Source of the DNA: Cenococcum geophilum
Taxonomy: Eukaryota
Length of the DNA stretch: 64,000 nucleotides
Assembly: GCA_050273025.1 (NCBI GenBank)
Contig: CP158635.1
Span: 31,372,001 to 31,436,000 of the forward strand
Direction of reading: 5' to 3'
The notes beneath the pieces are model-generated. The model did not search any database and was not told where the DNA came from. It saw only the letters and a list, made by a program, of their open reading frames with translations. Made by a program: the position numbers and the translations under genes. Numbering within the stretch: position 1 is the stretch's first letter; every line of letters begins with the position of its first letter. Shown piece after piece: positions 38,646 through 51,178 of the stretch.

Positions 38646-39740
38646 CTATAAAGCTCTACACGAAGCTCTACACAAAGCTCTGCACGAAGCTCTGCACAAA
38701 GCTCTACACGAAGCTCTGCACGAAGCTCTGCACGAGGCTCTGCACAAAGCTCTACACGAAGCTCTGCACGAAGCTCTGCACGAGGCTCTGCACAAAGCTC
38801 TACACGAAGCTCTGCACGAAGCTCTGCACGAAGCTCTATACGAAGCTCTGCGTATAGAGGCTCTGTACGAGGCTCTGCACGAAGCTCTACACGAGGCTCT
38901 GCACGAAGCTCTACACGAAGCTTTGCACGAAGCTCTACACGAGGCTCTGCACGAAGCTCTACACGAAGCTTTGCACGAAGCTCTACACGAAGCTTTGCAC
39001 GAAGCTCTACACGAAGCTTTGCACGAAGCTCTACACGAGGCTCTACACGAAGCTCTGCGTACAGAGGCTCTGCACGAAGCTCTACACGAAGCTCTACACG
39101 AAGCTCTACACGAAGCTCTATACGAAGCTCTACACGAAGCTCTGCATAAAGCTCTACACGAAGCTCTACACGAGGCTCTGCACGAAGCTCTACACGAAGC
39201 TCTGCACGAAGCTTTGCATAAAGCTCTACACGAAGCTCTACACGAAGCTCTACACAAAGCTCTGCACGAAGCTTTGCGCGAGGCTCTACACGAAGCTCTA
39301 CACGAAGCTTTGCACAAGGCTCTGCATGAGGCTCTACACGAAGCTCTGCACGAAGCTCTGCACGAAGCTCTATACGAAGCTCTGCGTATAGAGGCTCTGT
39401 ACGAGGCTCTGCACGAAGCTCTACACGAGGCTCTGCACGAAGCTCTACACGAAGCTCTACACGAAGCTCTACACGAAGCTCTGCACGAAGCTCTACACGA
39501 AGCTCTGCACGAAGCTCTACACGAAGCTCTGCACAAAGCTTTGCACGAGGCTCTACACGAGGCTCTATACGAAGCTCTGCGTACAGAGGCTCTGTACGAG
39601 GCTCTGCACGAAGCTCTACACGAGGCTCTGCACGAAGCTCTACACGAAGCTCTGCACGAAGCTCTACACGAAGCTCTACATACAGAGGCTCTGCACGAGG
39701 CTTTGCGCGACATACGGAGGCTCTACACGAAGCTCTGCAT
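38646..39740. repeat. 12-bp minisatellite (CACGAAGCTCTR)n
   Basis: About 90 units with periodic 15-bp variants. It produces the HEAL/ASCR repeat ORFs. Confidence 0.95.
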
Positions 39741-40074
39741 CGGGTCCCCGCTATATTCCCGATAGCCTCTACACGTGCCTCTGCTAAGTGTACCCCTTAT
39801 CTATATACCTAGGTAGCCACCTTATTTTTTACCCTTCCTTCCTTACATCCTCCCTACCTAGGGAGGCACCAGAACGGCAGCCAGCTGAGGACCGTCGCTA
39901 GAACTAGACGACCGTCGACCGTCGCCAGAGCCAGACAACCGTCGCCGGAGCCAGACGACCACCGTTCGAATATACAGCCAGCGAACGGCCGTAGAGAACG
40001 ATTCAAATTAATACGATCAATCGATCAATCGAATTAGGTGGAGCCTTCGATCAGGCCGACCTTTCCCCCAAATT

Positions 40075-40286
40075 ACAGACAGGTAGGCATAGACAGTAGG
40101 CACAGACAGGTAGGCACAGATAGTAGGCATAGACAGTAGGCATAGGCAGGTATAGACAGACAGATAGACAGATAGACAGATAGACAGGTAAGCAGGCAGA
40201 TAGACAGGCAGGTAGGCAGGCAGGTAGGCAGGCAGGTAGACAGACAGGTAGGCAGGCAGGTAGGCAGGCAGGCAGGCAGGCAGGCA
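40075..40286. repeat. AGGC/AGAC tetranucleotide microsatellite
   Basis: Direct reading of the sequence. Confidence 0.9.
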
Positions 40287-40489
40287 CTAGGCCTAGTTAG
40301 GAAATCAGTACACGGCTGGCGGATTATCGGGAACACCGCCAATTAACGATTTGGAGCTTTTGCGAAAGGCTTCCCCCTCCTAAGTAGATAGCTCTGTATT
40401 TTATATAGTTATAATATAAATATATTTAAAAGTATATTATAGCAACCTATGGGGATATAGTTACGATTTATACAGTTGTTATAATTTAT

Positions 40490-40551
40490 ATAGTTTGTAC
40501 AGTTTGTACAGTTCGTACAGTTTGTACAGTTCGTACAGTTTATACAGTTTG
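40490..40551. repeat. 9-bp tandem repeat GTACAGTTY
   Basis: About seven copies. Confidence 0.8.
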
Positions 40552-40804
40552 CGCGCTATTTATTTATAAGGTAGCAAAATGCTAGCATTTATTTGGTAGT
40601 TAAGCGTTTTGCCGCAATTTGCTATCAGATGCTGCAATTTTATTGCAAAACGTACGGTTTACGCGAATCGCTATGGACCATATACGACCACCGCGATCGT
40701 ACAGTTTGCGGCGATTTGCCGCAAACCGCAACAACCAGCCACAAAAAAAATTTCCTGATGCGGCAGAACTCTATACCGCCACCTAAATCAATCCGCGTGG
40801 CGTT

Positions 40805-40868
40805 TCTTAGCAAGAATTTAGCTAATTAAATAACTTTAACCGCCGGTTAAAATTCTATAATATCTTAA
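40805..40868. other. Shared module 2 (3' UTR of F)
   Basis: tcttagcaagaatttagctaattaaataactttaaccgccggttaaaattctataatatcttaa. Confidence 0.8.
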
Positions 40869-43129
40869 CCACCATAAATTTTAATACGGTGGTTAACTAT
40901 AACCTTAGCATAACTTTTCCTTATCTTATACCCAGTCTAGGGGTTTTAGCTTTTTAGGGTGTTGCTTATAGAAGCGCTATATAGCTTATTTATAACCCTT
41001 TAAGTCTTCCTCTAGCTGCTAGGTTATATCCTTATAATATTTCTATTTAATCTTATAAGTTAGGCCCTAGGGGTCTTTATTATATATATTAAGGATTTTC
41101 TTAAACTTCTATTTATCTTCTATATTACCATTATTATCTCTTTCTACCACTCGTCCTTATATATTATAACGCTCTATAGTATTAATATTTGCTTAGCTAG
41201 GGATCTCTTTAGCAGCCTAGAGGCGGACCTTAGATATATAAAAGGATTTATTTACTCGGATATAGTTTAGGAGGTCTACTATAACTACCCCTTAGTATAC
41301 TGCGAGTATAGAGTATAGGCCGTCCTATTTATCGTCCTATTTCTTCTTAGGTCTATTTATCTTTATATTTTTTAAGCTAACTATAACTATATCACCTTTA
41401 TAGAATAACGCGCTCTTATCCCTATAGGTATTAGCATTATCTTTATAGCGTTACTATAAAATCTAGGCTAGGGCCTTAAGCTATATTAATATCCGCTTAA
41501 AGCGGTTAGCTATAGAGTCTACGCGGAAGAACTCCTTCTTTACTTATACTAATAGTGTTAATAGGTAAGGGCTAGCAGGCTTAATTCTAAGGCAAGGGTT
41601 AAAGCTATAGTTTGCAAAAAACGGGGAGATACCTATACTCTCATTAACTTAGTTATTTATAGCAAACTTAGTAAGCGGTAGGTAGTTAACCTAGTTATTC
41701 TATATAAAGCTAACAAAAGCACAGAGGTATTTATTTACGGCAGCGTTAATAATTTTAGTTTAGCCGTCCATTTTTAGGTATTAGGCTAAGCTTAGTTACA
41801 AGGTTATCTTAAGGCGTTTACTTAGTTGTTGCTAGAAGTTGTTAATAAATTATATACTATAATTAGAGATAATTATGCTTAGTATACTATAGAGCTTATA
41901 TACGTTATTAACAAAGCTATTAACTAGCTCCTTTATTAAGAGTCCTATTACTAAAATAAGGTATTATATTTTAGTTAGGCGGTCTATAATAATAAGGATA
42001 TATTTATATACCTTACCGTGGCGTTAGCATACCGGTAGCGTTATAATATAGTTAATTAAGATATTAGTTTACGGGCGGGCGGGTAATTCTAATAGCTTTA
42101 GGAAACTAGGTAGGGTAGAATAGGGGGTCTTAGTACAAAAGTATAGGGTATAGTCTTTAACAAAAGTAGCTGTAAACTAGGAGATTCCTAGCTACCAGTA
42201 TATTTAGTTTAAGAGGTTAAGAGTTTTAACCTAGCTAGGGTAACTAGCGGGGCCGCTACTATAAGAGCGATAGGTAACTTTTAGGTAAAGGTCTAGGGCG
42301 TTAGGGACAAAGAGACGTTAGCGGAAGTAGATCTATCTATTAATAATACTATATTCTAACTTATCGCAATAAAGTAATTTCCTAATCTTCTTTAGCTAAT
42401 AGCGAGCTTTCTAATTATATAGGGCTGCTACTATATCTCTTATAAGTTTATTCTCTTAGTATCCTAGCTAGATTAACTTATCTAGTAACTTTTCGGCTAC
42501 TTTAGGGTCTAAAGCAGCTATAAACTCCGCGTTATTAGAGTTACAGGACTTATATAGTAATTCTTTTAAAATTATAGGGTTAACTTTCTAAGGCGGTATA
42601 ACGACTTAGGCTTAGTAGTGGAGGCGTTTATTATTAGCGTCCTTAGGCCTTATTCCTAGTAGCTAGCTTAAGGCATTAGGGAGCGTGGCTTTACTACTAG
42701 GTCTATATATAATTATAAAGTTAAACTATAAAAGGAACTCTGCCCACCGGACTTAGCGCTAGTTTAGCTATTTAGTAGTTATAAACGTCTATAGGTTCTT
42801 ATAGTCGGTAATAATTTTAAACAGCTCCTTAGTCCCTTATAGCTTAGGACGCTATTTCTTTAAAGCCTTAATAATAGCTAAGAGTTCTTTATCGTAGATC
42901 TTATAGTTATACTCTGGCGTAAAGTGCTTTACAGAGAAGAATGCAACTAGTTTTAATTTTCCGTTATTATTATACTAGGAAAGGACTCCGCCGGAAGCCT
43001 AATTTAATACGTCTATTACTACCACTGTTTTCTTTATATAGTTATAGTATATTAGTACTAGTGCTAAAGTAAAGGCTCCCTTAAGGGCCTTAAACGATTT
43101 AGCTTATTCTAGTCCCTATAGCCATCCAA

Positions 43130-43316
43130 TGTCACGGCACTGACCTGACGCGTTGTTATGGCTCGTGTACGCGTATGCATGAGCACGGACCTGACCCCTG
43201 AGCGACACGTATATATACCGCCTCACCTCCTACATAGATCCTCACACGACATCGTTTGTCAATGATATACAGTCACCTCGTACATCGTACCTTGACAGTC
43301 CGCACGTACTGTGACA
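43130..43316 (+). mobile_element. Solo LTR, almost free of RIP
   Basis: TGTCAC...GTGACA with TSD TCCAA, inserted in F pol. Confidence 0.92.
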
Positions 43317-46300
43317 TCCAATATCCTTCTTTAGGGGTTTTATTATAGGTATAGCAATAGCAGAGTAGCCTTAGATAAATTGTTAGTAGAAGTTCGCGAA
43401 GCTAAGAAATTGTTATAGTTCTTTAATTAATATTAGGTCTTTCTATTCCTATAAGGCCTATACCTTTTTAGGGTCTATAGTTATGCTATTAGTTAAGATA
43501 ATTAAGCCGAGGTATTTTATTTTAGTAGAGTAGAACTTAGACTTATTAATATTAATCTAAAGTCCAGCATTACTAAGTCTTTAGATAACTTCATTTATAT
43601 ACTTAGTATGCTCGGCGCGTGTTTTAGAAAAGATAAAGATATTATTAAGGTAGGCAGTGCAATAGTTATTAAGGGCGTTATATAGAATATAGTTAATATA
43701 GTTTTAAAACGTAGCAGGTGCGTTATAGAGGCCAAATAGTATAACTAGTATTTTATAGAGTCCGAACTAGGTAATAAATGCTATAAGCTATTTATAGCCC
43801 TTTGTAATCCAAATCCGGTTAAACACAGCAATTATATTAAGTTTAGTAAAGTACTTAACACTATAGAGTGCGTTAAGTGTCTCGCGGATTAGTAGCAGTA
43901 GGTATCAATTCTTAATAGTAACTATATTTAGGCCTTAGTAGTTATAGTAGATTTATATACCGCCGCTAGGCTTAGTAGTAAGAAGGAGTAGTATAGTAGC
44001 TAGTGAGGTTAATTTACGGATAAAACCCTTATCTAGCATCTTATTAATCCACTCCTTTACATACCTAAGTTTAGTAGGTAAAAGTAGTCTATTTTTATAG
44101 TATAGGGCCTAGTTTCCGGGGGTAATCTTAATTTTATAGTCCTATAGTTAGTAAGGGGGCAGCTTATCTACATTTTTAGGGAGGAAGTACTTAATATATT
44201 TACTAAACTCCTTTAGTAAGCGTTATAGAATATTTTCGCGGGTTAATCCTAGTTTGCCTTTTAGGAATTTTTCAATATTAGTATTAACTATCTTCTAACA
44301 TAAAAGCTTAGGTTTAGTTTTTAGATTTATCTTAAGGAAGTTATAGAAATAGGGGGGAAGCACTTTACGGGCTTCCTTTATTATATAGTCGCCTTCTACT
44401 AGCCAGTAGAAAGACCTTTTTAATAGGTTCGGTACTTCTATTAGGCCTATAGATAGCTCTTTAAGCAGCTATTAGTGCTTATCTTATTTAACTAGTTCTA
44501 CTAGCTTCGCTATATAAATCCTTATAACCTTTATATCTTTTTATTTATAAAACTAGGTAAAATTAATAGTATAAGTATATTTAATATTATCTAGGTTAGG
44601 GCGTGTCTAGTTCTCCAGTACTACGGCTAGGCTAGCACGGCTTAGTTGGCCTAGGGGGGCGGAAATAAGGTGGTGGCCCTATACGGTACGCACCGGAGAC
44701 GGGTATAAGGTTAGGCGTTACAGTAGCGCGGTTTCTATTATCTGGGTCTTAGTAGTTCTATAGCCAGTCCTTACTATAACGCGAGCTATAGTGTGCGTAT
44801 ATAGTATATGGCTTAGTTCCGGGTGTTAGGCTAGGCGGCTAGGGTTTAAATAGTGTCTAGGTTAGGGTTGGATTCTTAATAGTAGCAGCGTAAAGTGGAC
44901 CTTCTTCCTTGGTCTTGGCAGGGCTGGCTAGCCTATTATTTTAGTCTTAAGTGCTAGGGTAGTCCAGTCTTCTACTATCTTATTTCTTTACAGCTATATA
45001 GGCTCCCCTTTATTAAAAACGTCTTCTACTATTAGGGCTTTATATATAGTCCTAGGCACTAGGCTTAGTAGTGCTAAGTATTTATATAAAGCATCCCTAC
45101 TAACGTTAGTTATCCCCTACGGGAGGTAGTGCCTAGAGTAGTAGTCTAAGTTAAAGCGGATTTTAAGTTTCCTAAAGCTAAGACGGGGCTTATATTTCTA
45201 AAGCTAGGGCATACTTAAGATAATTAGGGTAGCGGGCGAGAGTTTAGTAACAAAAAAAAGCATAGCTTTAGTATAGAGGCTAATTAATATTTAGGCGGTA
45301 AAGTAGTCCGTAATAAACAAAGTTAGAATACTATTTATAAGGTATAGTGGCCTAGGTGCTAGTAGCTTCTTAGTTATAACGTTATACTTTCTTATAATAA
45401 ACTCTGTATTAGTAAATACCATTATAATACTACCGGAGTCCACTAGGCTTACTATATTAATATAAACTTAGGGGTATAAGGTACGTAATAAGGAGAGTTA
45501 GGTTTAAATAAGGATTAATTTCTTATTACTATTTACTAATTTAAAATTAAGTGGTAGTTTACTAATAGAAAGAACTAATTAATCTAGTAACAGGGACCTA
45601 ATCTTCTCGTTTTCCTCCTTATATAGTTTAAACCCTTAAATATAACTTAGTCTAAGAGTTTACCTTTTAATAACTGGGGTATGGGGCTATCTTAGCAAGG
45701 CGGTCTAGTGTCCGTCTGGCTAGTAGTATTAGTTTTAGTTTCAGTTAGGGTATAGGAAGACAATACCTCGCCAACAACGTAGCTGTATTTATATTCGCTA
45801 GCGTAAAATCACTAATACTAGGCGTTATTAACGGGTTAGGCTCCTATATAAGGTATAGTTTAGAGTAACTAAGCCATAGGGTTAAAGGGGGGGGGTTATC
45901 CGCCGCAGCCATAATAGCCTCTATAGTCGCCGCGTCTATAATGGACTCTACGGTTACTATATCCGCGGTTATTAATTCGCGTTATTTAATAGGGTGGCAT
46001 TAGGACTAGGTTTACTATCTTAGTAGGGTTATAGGCATCCTTCTAGTAGTTAGGTAGGCCATAGGCAAGGCATAGTCTATTATTAACGCGGCGCTTATAC
46101 TCCGTATCTAAGATTCTATTAAGGTCTATAGATTCTCCAGTTACTACTAGGGTTAGGGTCAACATAGGGGCAGGGGCTTAAGTAGGTAGGCGGTAGTTAG
46201 TGTTCTTCTTAAGGTTGGCTTAGTATGCATAGTTTGTGAGGTTCTTAGTAAACATATCTATCTACTTACTCTAACCTATATAGTCGCTATTATTAATCTT

Positions 46301-47709
46301 ATAGGCAAGTTTAAGTACTAGCTCTTCCATCTTTAGAGAGATAAACTTTTAGAGTAAGTTTACCTTTTATTCGTCTGTCTTTTTAGCGCGGACTATTAGC
46401 TTATTAAGCTCTCCCTTCCAGGACTAGTAATTATACTCGCCCTAGGGGAAATAGTTAAGCTTATTCTTTACAACCTAGGTTATATTAAGGACCTTATAGT
46501 AAATAGTAAGGTCTTTAAGCATATCTTCCTTAGTAGGCCATTTCCATGTAGATATATTATTTAGGTTCTCGTATATAAGCTCTAGGCCCTACTTAATAAA
46601 CTTATAGGCCTTATCCTCTAGTATGTCCGAGATATAAAGGATCTAGAACTAAACTGTATTAAAGTAGTCCTAGTCCCAGTTAAAGACTCCTTTAATCTTA
46701 ATATGCCAGGTCTTAAAATTAGCTTATTATTCTAGCGGGGTACCTTTTCCGCTAAATATTAGCGGGTCTTTAGATCTCCATTTTTTCTGCTAGGTTACTA
46801 CTATTATTATAGGGGTTAATTATTTTAGAACGGTAATAGTCTCTACCTAGGAGTTAATAGTTCCTATTTAAAAAGCGATAAGGGCACTAAGGTTTTTGTT
46901 AGCTTTCTTATTAGTGGTATTTATATTATATATACACTATAGTCCTACTTTAATGTTATTAAGGAACTTATTAGTATAGTTAACAAAGGTAAGGTAAGCT
47001 TTGCTAGGCTTAAAGGTCTTAGGGTATAGTAGGGAGCAGCGGATTATCTATGCGATATTAGGGTATATCTCTATAAAGAGGTCTACAAAAACGTCACGGG
47101 GGTTCTAGGTTTCGGCCATTTTAGTATTATTAGTGTCGCTCATCTAAGCGCTAGATAAAAACTAAGGATTGTTTTAAGACTATACTGGGGACGTATTAGT
47201 TTTAGCAGAGGCGCGCGTAGGTCGCGATTACTCTAAGGTAGAAGTTAATTAGCTAGGGTATAAGGAATTAGTAATCGCGATAGGGCGCAAATTAAAGATA
47301 CTATAAACTGTCACAGTGCTGTAATAAAGTAGACTAAATAACTACGTTATAATATAAAGAGGGGAAGAAGGTAGAAAGGGGGTATTATATATAAATAGTA
47401 GGGCCAGCCGCTAAGTCGCTAGTGGTAGGCTAGCCAATAGTAGGGAATAGTACGAGACAGTATAAAACAGTATGTGTTAGGTCAGTGCCGTAATAGAAGG
47501 TAAGGAAATAGGAAGAAAAGATATATATTATTAACTTAGTTACTTAGTTAATATTAAGGAGTAAGTATAAGTGACGATAATATATAACGAGGTAGATATT
47601 ATTAAGCTATATATAAAAACTATATAATAAGGTTAAAACATTATATAAGGAAAAAAGGTAAGAAAACGGAAAGAAAGGGTATGTATTATTAGCTTAGTTG
47701 CTTAATTAA

Positions 47710-47896
47710 TATTATAGTACGTACCGACTATCAAGGTACGAGGTATAAGGTAACTATATATTATTAACAAACGATGTCGTGTAAGGATCTATATAGGAGG
47801 TAAGGCGATATATATACACGTCGCTTAGGGGTTAGGTCCGTGCCCATACATATACGTACACGAGTTATAATAACGCGTTAGGTTAGTGCTATAACA
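47710..47896 (-). mobile_element. Solo LTR of the same family as 43130-43316, RIPed
   Basis: Reverse-complement match over 187 bp; TSD ATTAA. Confidence 0.9.
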
Positions 47897-48360
47897 ATTA
47901 ATATATATATAGAGTAGAATAGGATTTAGGTAGTAGTCCTAGTAGAACTTAATAGTATTTAATAAAACTTAGCGGAATATAGTAGAATATAGTAGATTGC
48001 TATTAGATTGCCGTCTTATAATTAGTCTCTAGTTACTAAATTAGTAGAAATAGGTGGATATATATAAGGTGTTATAGGGGTATCCTATAATAGTACTCTC
48101 TCTTTAAACTTAAGCTTCTATAAAATAGGGTTATAGTAGTTCTAGGTAAAGTATATAAAAGTCTTCTATAGCTTATATAAGTCTTATAGAGTTAATAGGC
48201 TTCTATAAGGGTTTAGTAAAGCCTTTCTATTTTATAAGGTATATATATTAACGTTTCTATAACGAAGCCTTATAGGAACTACTATAGTAGACTTATTATT
48301 AAGCTAGGTATATAGGTAATAAATAAGTTAATAATAATAATATAATTAGTAGAGTGGTTA

Positions 48361-48567
48361 TATCACGGCACTAACCTAACGCATACTGTTTTATACTATC
48401 TCGTACTATTTCCTACTATTAGCTAGCCCACCACTAGTGACTTAGCGGCCAGCCCTACTATTTATATATAATACCCCCTTTCCACCTTCTTCCCCTCTTT
48501 ATACCACAACGTAGTTATTTAATCTACTTTATTACAGCACTATAACAGTTTGTGGTATCTTTAATTT
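48361..48567 (+). mobile_element. Family F 5' LTR with ~20 bp of internal sequence, truncated
   Basis: Reverse complement of 47289-47495. Confidence 0.85.
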
Positions 48568-49029
48568 TACTTCAGCGAGCTTAGACGTGATTTTTTAGCT
48601 AGCGTCGGAATAACCTACGCCGTCTTCCGAATTGCAAAATCACGTCTGAGAGCGTTTAGCGCGTTTTGTTAAAATTATAACCAAAATCCGCTAAGCGGAT
48701 ATTGCGGATATCTAATTCATTCATTTATATAACGCGTTATTATTACCACACAAAGTCACATTTTTTTTAAGACTTAGGGCTTCTAAATAGTATGAATTTT
48801 ATTATACGGCTATTGCTTAGTCCTAACATTAATTTCGTTAAAGTTAAAAAACGCGTTATTAAAATTATGAGCACATATTATATCTTATTAAATAGTCTAC
48901 TAATATAGATAAAACTATACAGATCTATAGATATCTACTACTTGAAGTTATTGCAATACCTAGAAGGTACTATAGCTGGGTCCTTATTTGAAAATATCCT
49001 CCCTTGGCCCGGAGCTACTACCAGGGGGT

Positions 49030-49680
49030 AAGCTTTGGGCAGAGCCTCGTGTAGAGCTTTATATCCCTTAACCCGTCAAAATTGGTCCTTACGATATCGA
49101 TAAGAGCCCACCAATCAAACCGGTCGAATCAAGCCGCCGTTCTCAGAAATACGAAGCCTCTGACTTCGTTAAGAACAATGCTCCGCACAGACCACTTACG
49201 CTAAGGACCTTGACGGGTTAAGGGATAGAGCTTCGTGTAGAGCTTCGTGTAGAGCTTCGTGTAGAGTTTCGTGTAGAGCTTCATGCAGAGCCACGTGCAG
49301 GCGTGCAGGCGTGTAGATGTGCAGACGTGCAGACGTTCGTACGGGCGATCAATTACAGAGACATTTATAGAGACGATTGTATAGGCGGTTGTACGGGCGT
49401 TTGTACAGGCGATTGTAGAACCTTCCTAGTTTATTAGTGCTGCGTGTTAGTAGAGCTTTGGAGCTCTATATAGGGCTTCAAGCAGAGCCTTGAGCAGAGC
49501 TTTAAGCAGAGCTTCGAGCAGAGCTTCGAGCAGAGCTTCAAGTAGAGCTTTTACAGAGCTTCGTACCGAGCTTCGTGCAGAGCTTTTGCAGAGCTTTAGT
49601 AGAGCTCCGTGCAGGTCTCCCCCTAAGCTTCGTTCCGCAGAGCTCTCGCAAAGCTCCACAGCTCTACACAGACGCAGAGG
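49030..49680. repeat. Degenerate 12-bp repeat region (GYAGAGCTTCGT)
   Basis: Reverse complement of the unit in element G. Confidence 0.8.
49062..49227. mobile_element. MITE with TATCCCTTAACCCG termini
   Basis: tatcccttaacccgtcaa / ttgacgggttaagggata; shares internal tatcgataaga.cc.accaat with 7925-8250. Confidence 0.85.
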
Positions 49681-50961
49681 CTTACAACCCTATTAGGGCC
49701 TACACCATAACCTATAAAGGGCTGTAAAATAAATAAATTAAATAGGTATATAACAGATGGAATACCCACTGGTTGCGAAGAGGGCTGGCGGCGTAGGAGT
49801 AAGCGTGTTTACTACGCGGCTTAGTAGTGCACTAGAATTAGAGCCTCTGCGGCGACGAATTCCTCTCAACGTCGCGCATGTATAAGGAGCTAAGGATCTC
49901 ATAGCTTTATAGAGTAGGCTTTTCTCTATAATTTGGTGTAATTTTCATATCGACAGGTGCTGTGGGAGGGTAGATCAATTTCGTCAAAGTTAATAAGGTC
50001 TTCTTATATAAACCATATTTAGGTTTTCCTACCCATATAAGCTCTAGACGATAATATTATTAATAAGCTAAATAATAGGGCTGTGTATATACACTATAAC
50101 AATAATTCCGTAATATTTAATAGGGTATATAACCTAGTAATAGTTAAGACCAATTAATAAACTTTAACTAGAATATCTACGGACGTCTTTTAAACCGAAA
50201 CATTTAAAGAGGCTACTAACCGCGCTATGGGGGGGCCTCTGGAACGGAACTAGGGAAATCCACAAACTGCGGATAATACTACGGCAGTATGCAATATTAT
50301 GCCACGTATTAAACGTACTAGCAGTACACTAGATAAAATACCTCCCTTATTTTATCTATTTAGTAATAAGGCAGAATATATATAGGTCTTAGAGTAGGTA
50401 AGTTACAGGACTTCTAACCGCGCTATTAATAAGTAGTTTAACAATATTAGGCTTTAGGGAATATTTACCAACTATTTTTCTTACCAGAGTGCTAAAGATG
50501 TTAAAGTAAAACTACTTTTAAAACGGATATAATCTAAAAGCAAGTAACCGTAGTAGATTAAAATAATTTTAACTATAGGGGACTAGTAGCTGCTAGTACG
50601 TTACCAAAATACTTTAAAGATTATATCCCTCCTTATTAGTTACGGCCCTTTCTAAGGAGATATAACTTTCTTACTAGTAAGGTAGTACTTATTAGCATAA
50701 ATAAGAATATATAATAAGCTTAATACGGTAAACTAGTAGTAAGAGATATAAAAGTAACTACCGCTTGGCGTAACTATAGTGTTAATTATATTAGCTAGTA
50801 ATAAAACCTAACTAATATAACACGCCGGCGGCAAGAAAGTATAGCCGCTCTATATTTTAATTAGAAATATTAATGTTAGTATACTTTAATATAGTGTAAT
50901 AGATGTAATATACGTGCAGTACAGTGTATAGTTAGATTCTTAAGGTTCTATTTACACGCCT

Positions 50962-51095
50962 CCCTATTTTTATTACAAAGATATTAGTTCCACTCACCGC
51001 CCTTAGTCAAGCCAATAGCGATTTTCTATACCCGGCATAGAAAATCCTAATTAGTCCGTTTAACGATAGGGCCGGCAGAATTCTACACCGCCACC
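50962..51095. other. Shared module 1 with extended flanks, inside a probable Plavaka intron
   Basis: ccaatagcgattttctatacccggcatagaaaatcctaattag at 51012-51054. Flanks align with F 3' UTR (34642-34755 plus 40763-40783). Confidence 0.85.
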
Positions 51096-51178
51096 CTACC
51101 GCATTCTGCCGTATTCTGCCACCCTGCCGCATTCTGCCGTATTCTGCCACCCTGTCGCATTCTGCCATATTCTACCTA
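51084..51178. repeat. 28-bp tandem repeat
   Basis: accctgccgcattctgccgtattctgcc, about three copies. Confidence 0.8.

Larger units (their letters stand above)
34756..40760. mobile_element. Non-autonomous TIR element G (CACTA/CMC-like), satellite-filled
   Basis: TIR catcaggaaatttttttt / aaaaaaaatttcctgatg with CG on both flanks. Removing it restores gtcggcagaactct, matching gccggcagaattct at 51071. Subterminal gcggcgatttg repeats. Confidence 0.8.
34382..47495 (-). mobile_element. Ty3/Gypsy chromovirus F
   Basis: 187-bp LTRs at 34382-34568 and 47309-47495; TSD GAAGG; reverse PPT at 34569. gag ~47160-45600, GGAAAAC motif at ~45610, pol to ~40930. Confidence 0.95.
34279..48091 (-). mobile_element. 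Probable older LTR fragmented by F and a solo LTR
   Basis: Pieces 34279-34381, 47501-47709 and 47902-48091 join across TSDs and include a ~140-bp internal duplication. The end cctataata is followed by a reverse PPT-like gtactctctct. Confidence 0.4.

Noticed and set aside
38617..39765. 382-aa HEAL-repeat ORF and the antisense 355-aa ASCR ORF
   Set aside because: By-product of a stop-free 12-bp minisatellite inside a non-autonomous TE; TTG start and no unique domain.
40051..40342. PACL-repeat ORFs
   Set aside because: Translation of the AGGC/AGAC microsatellite.
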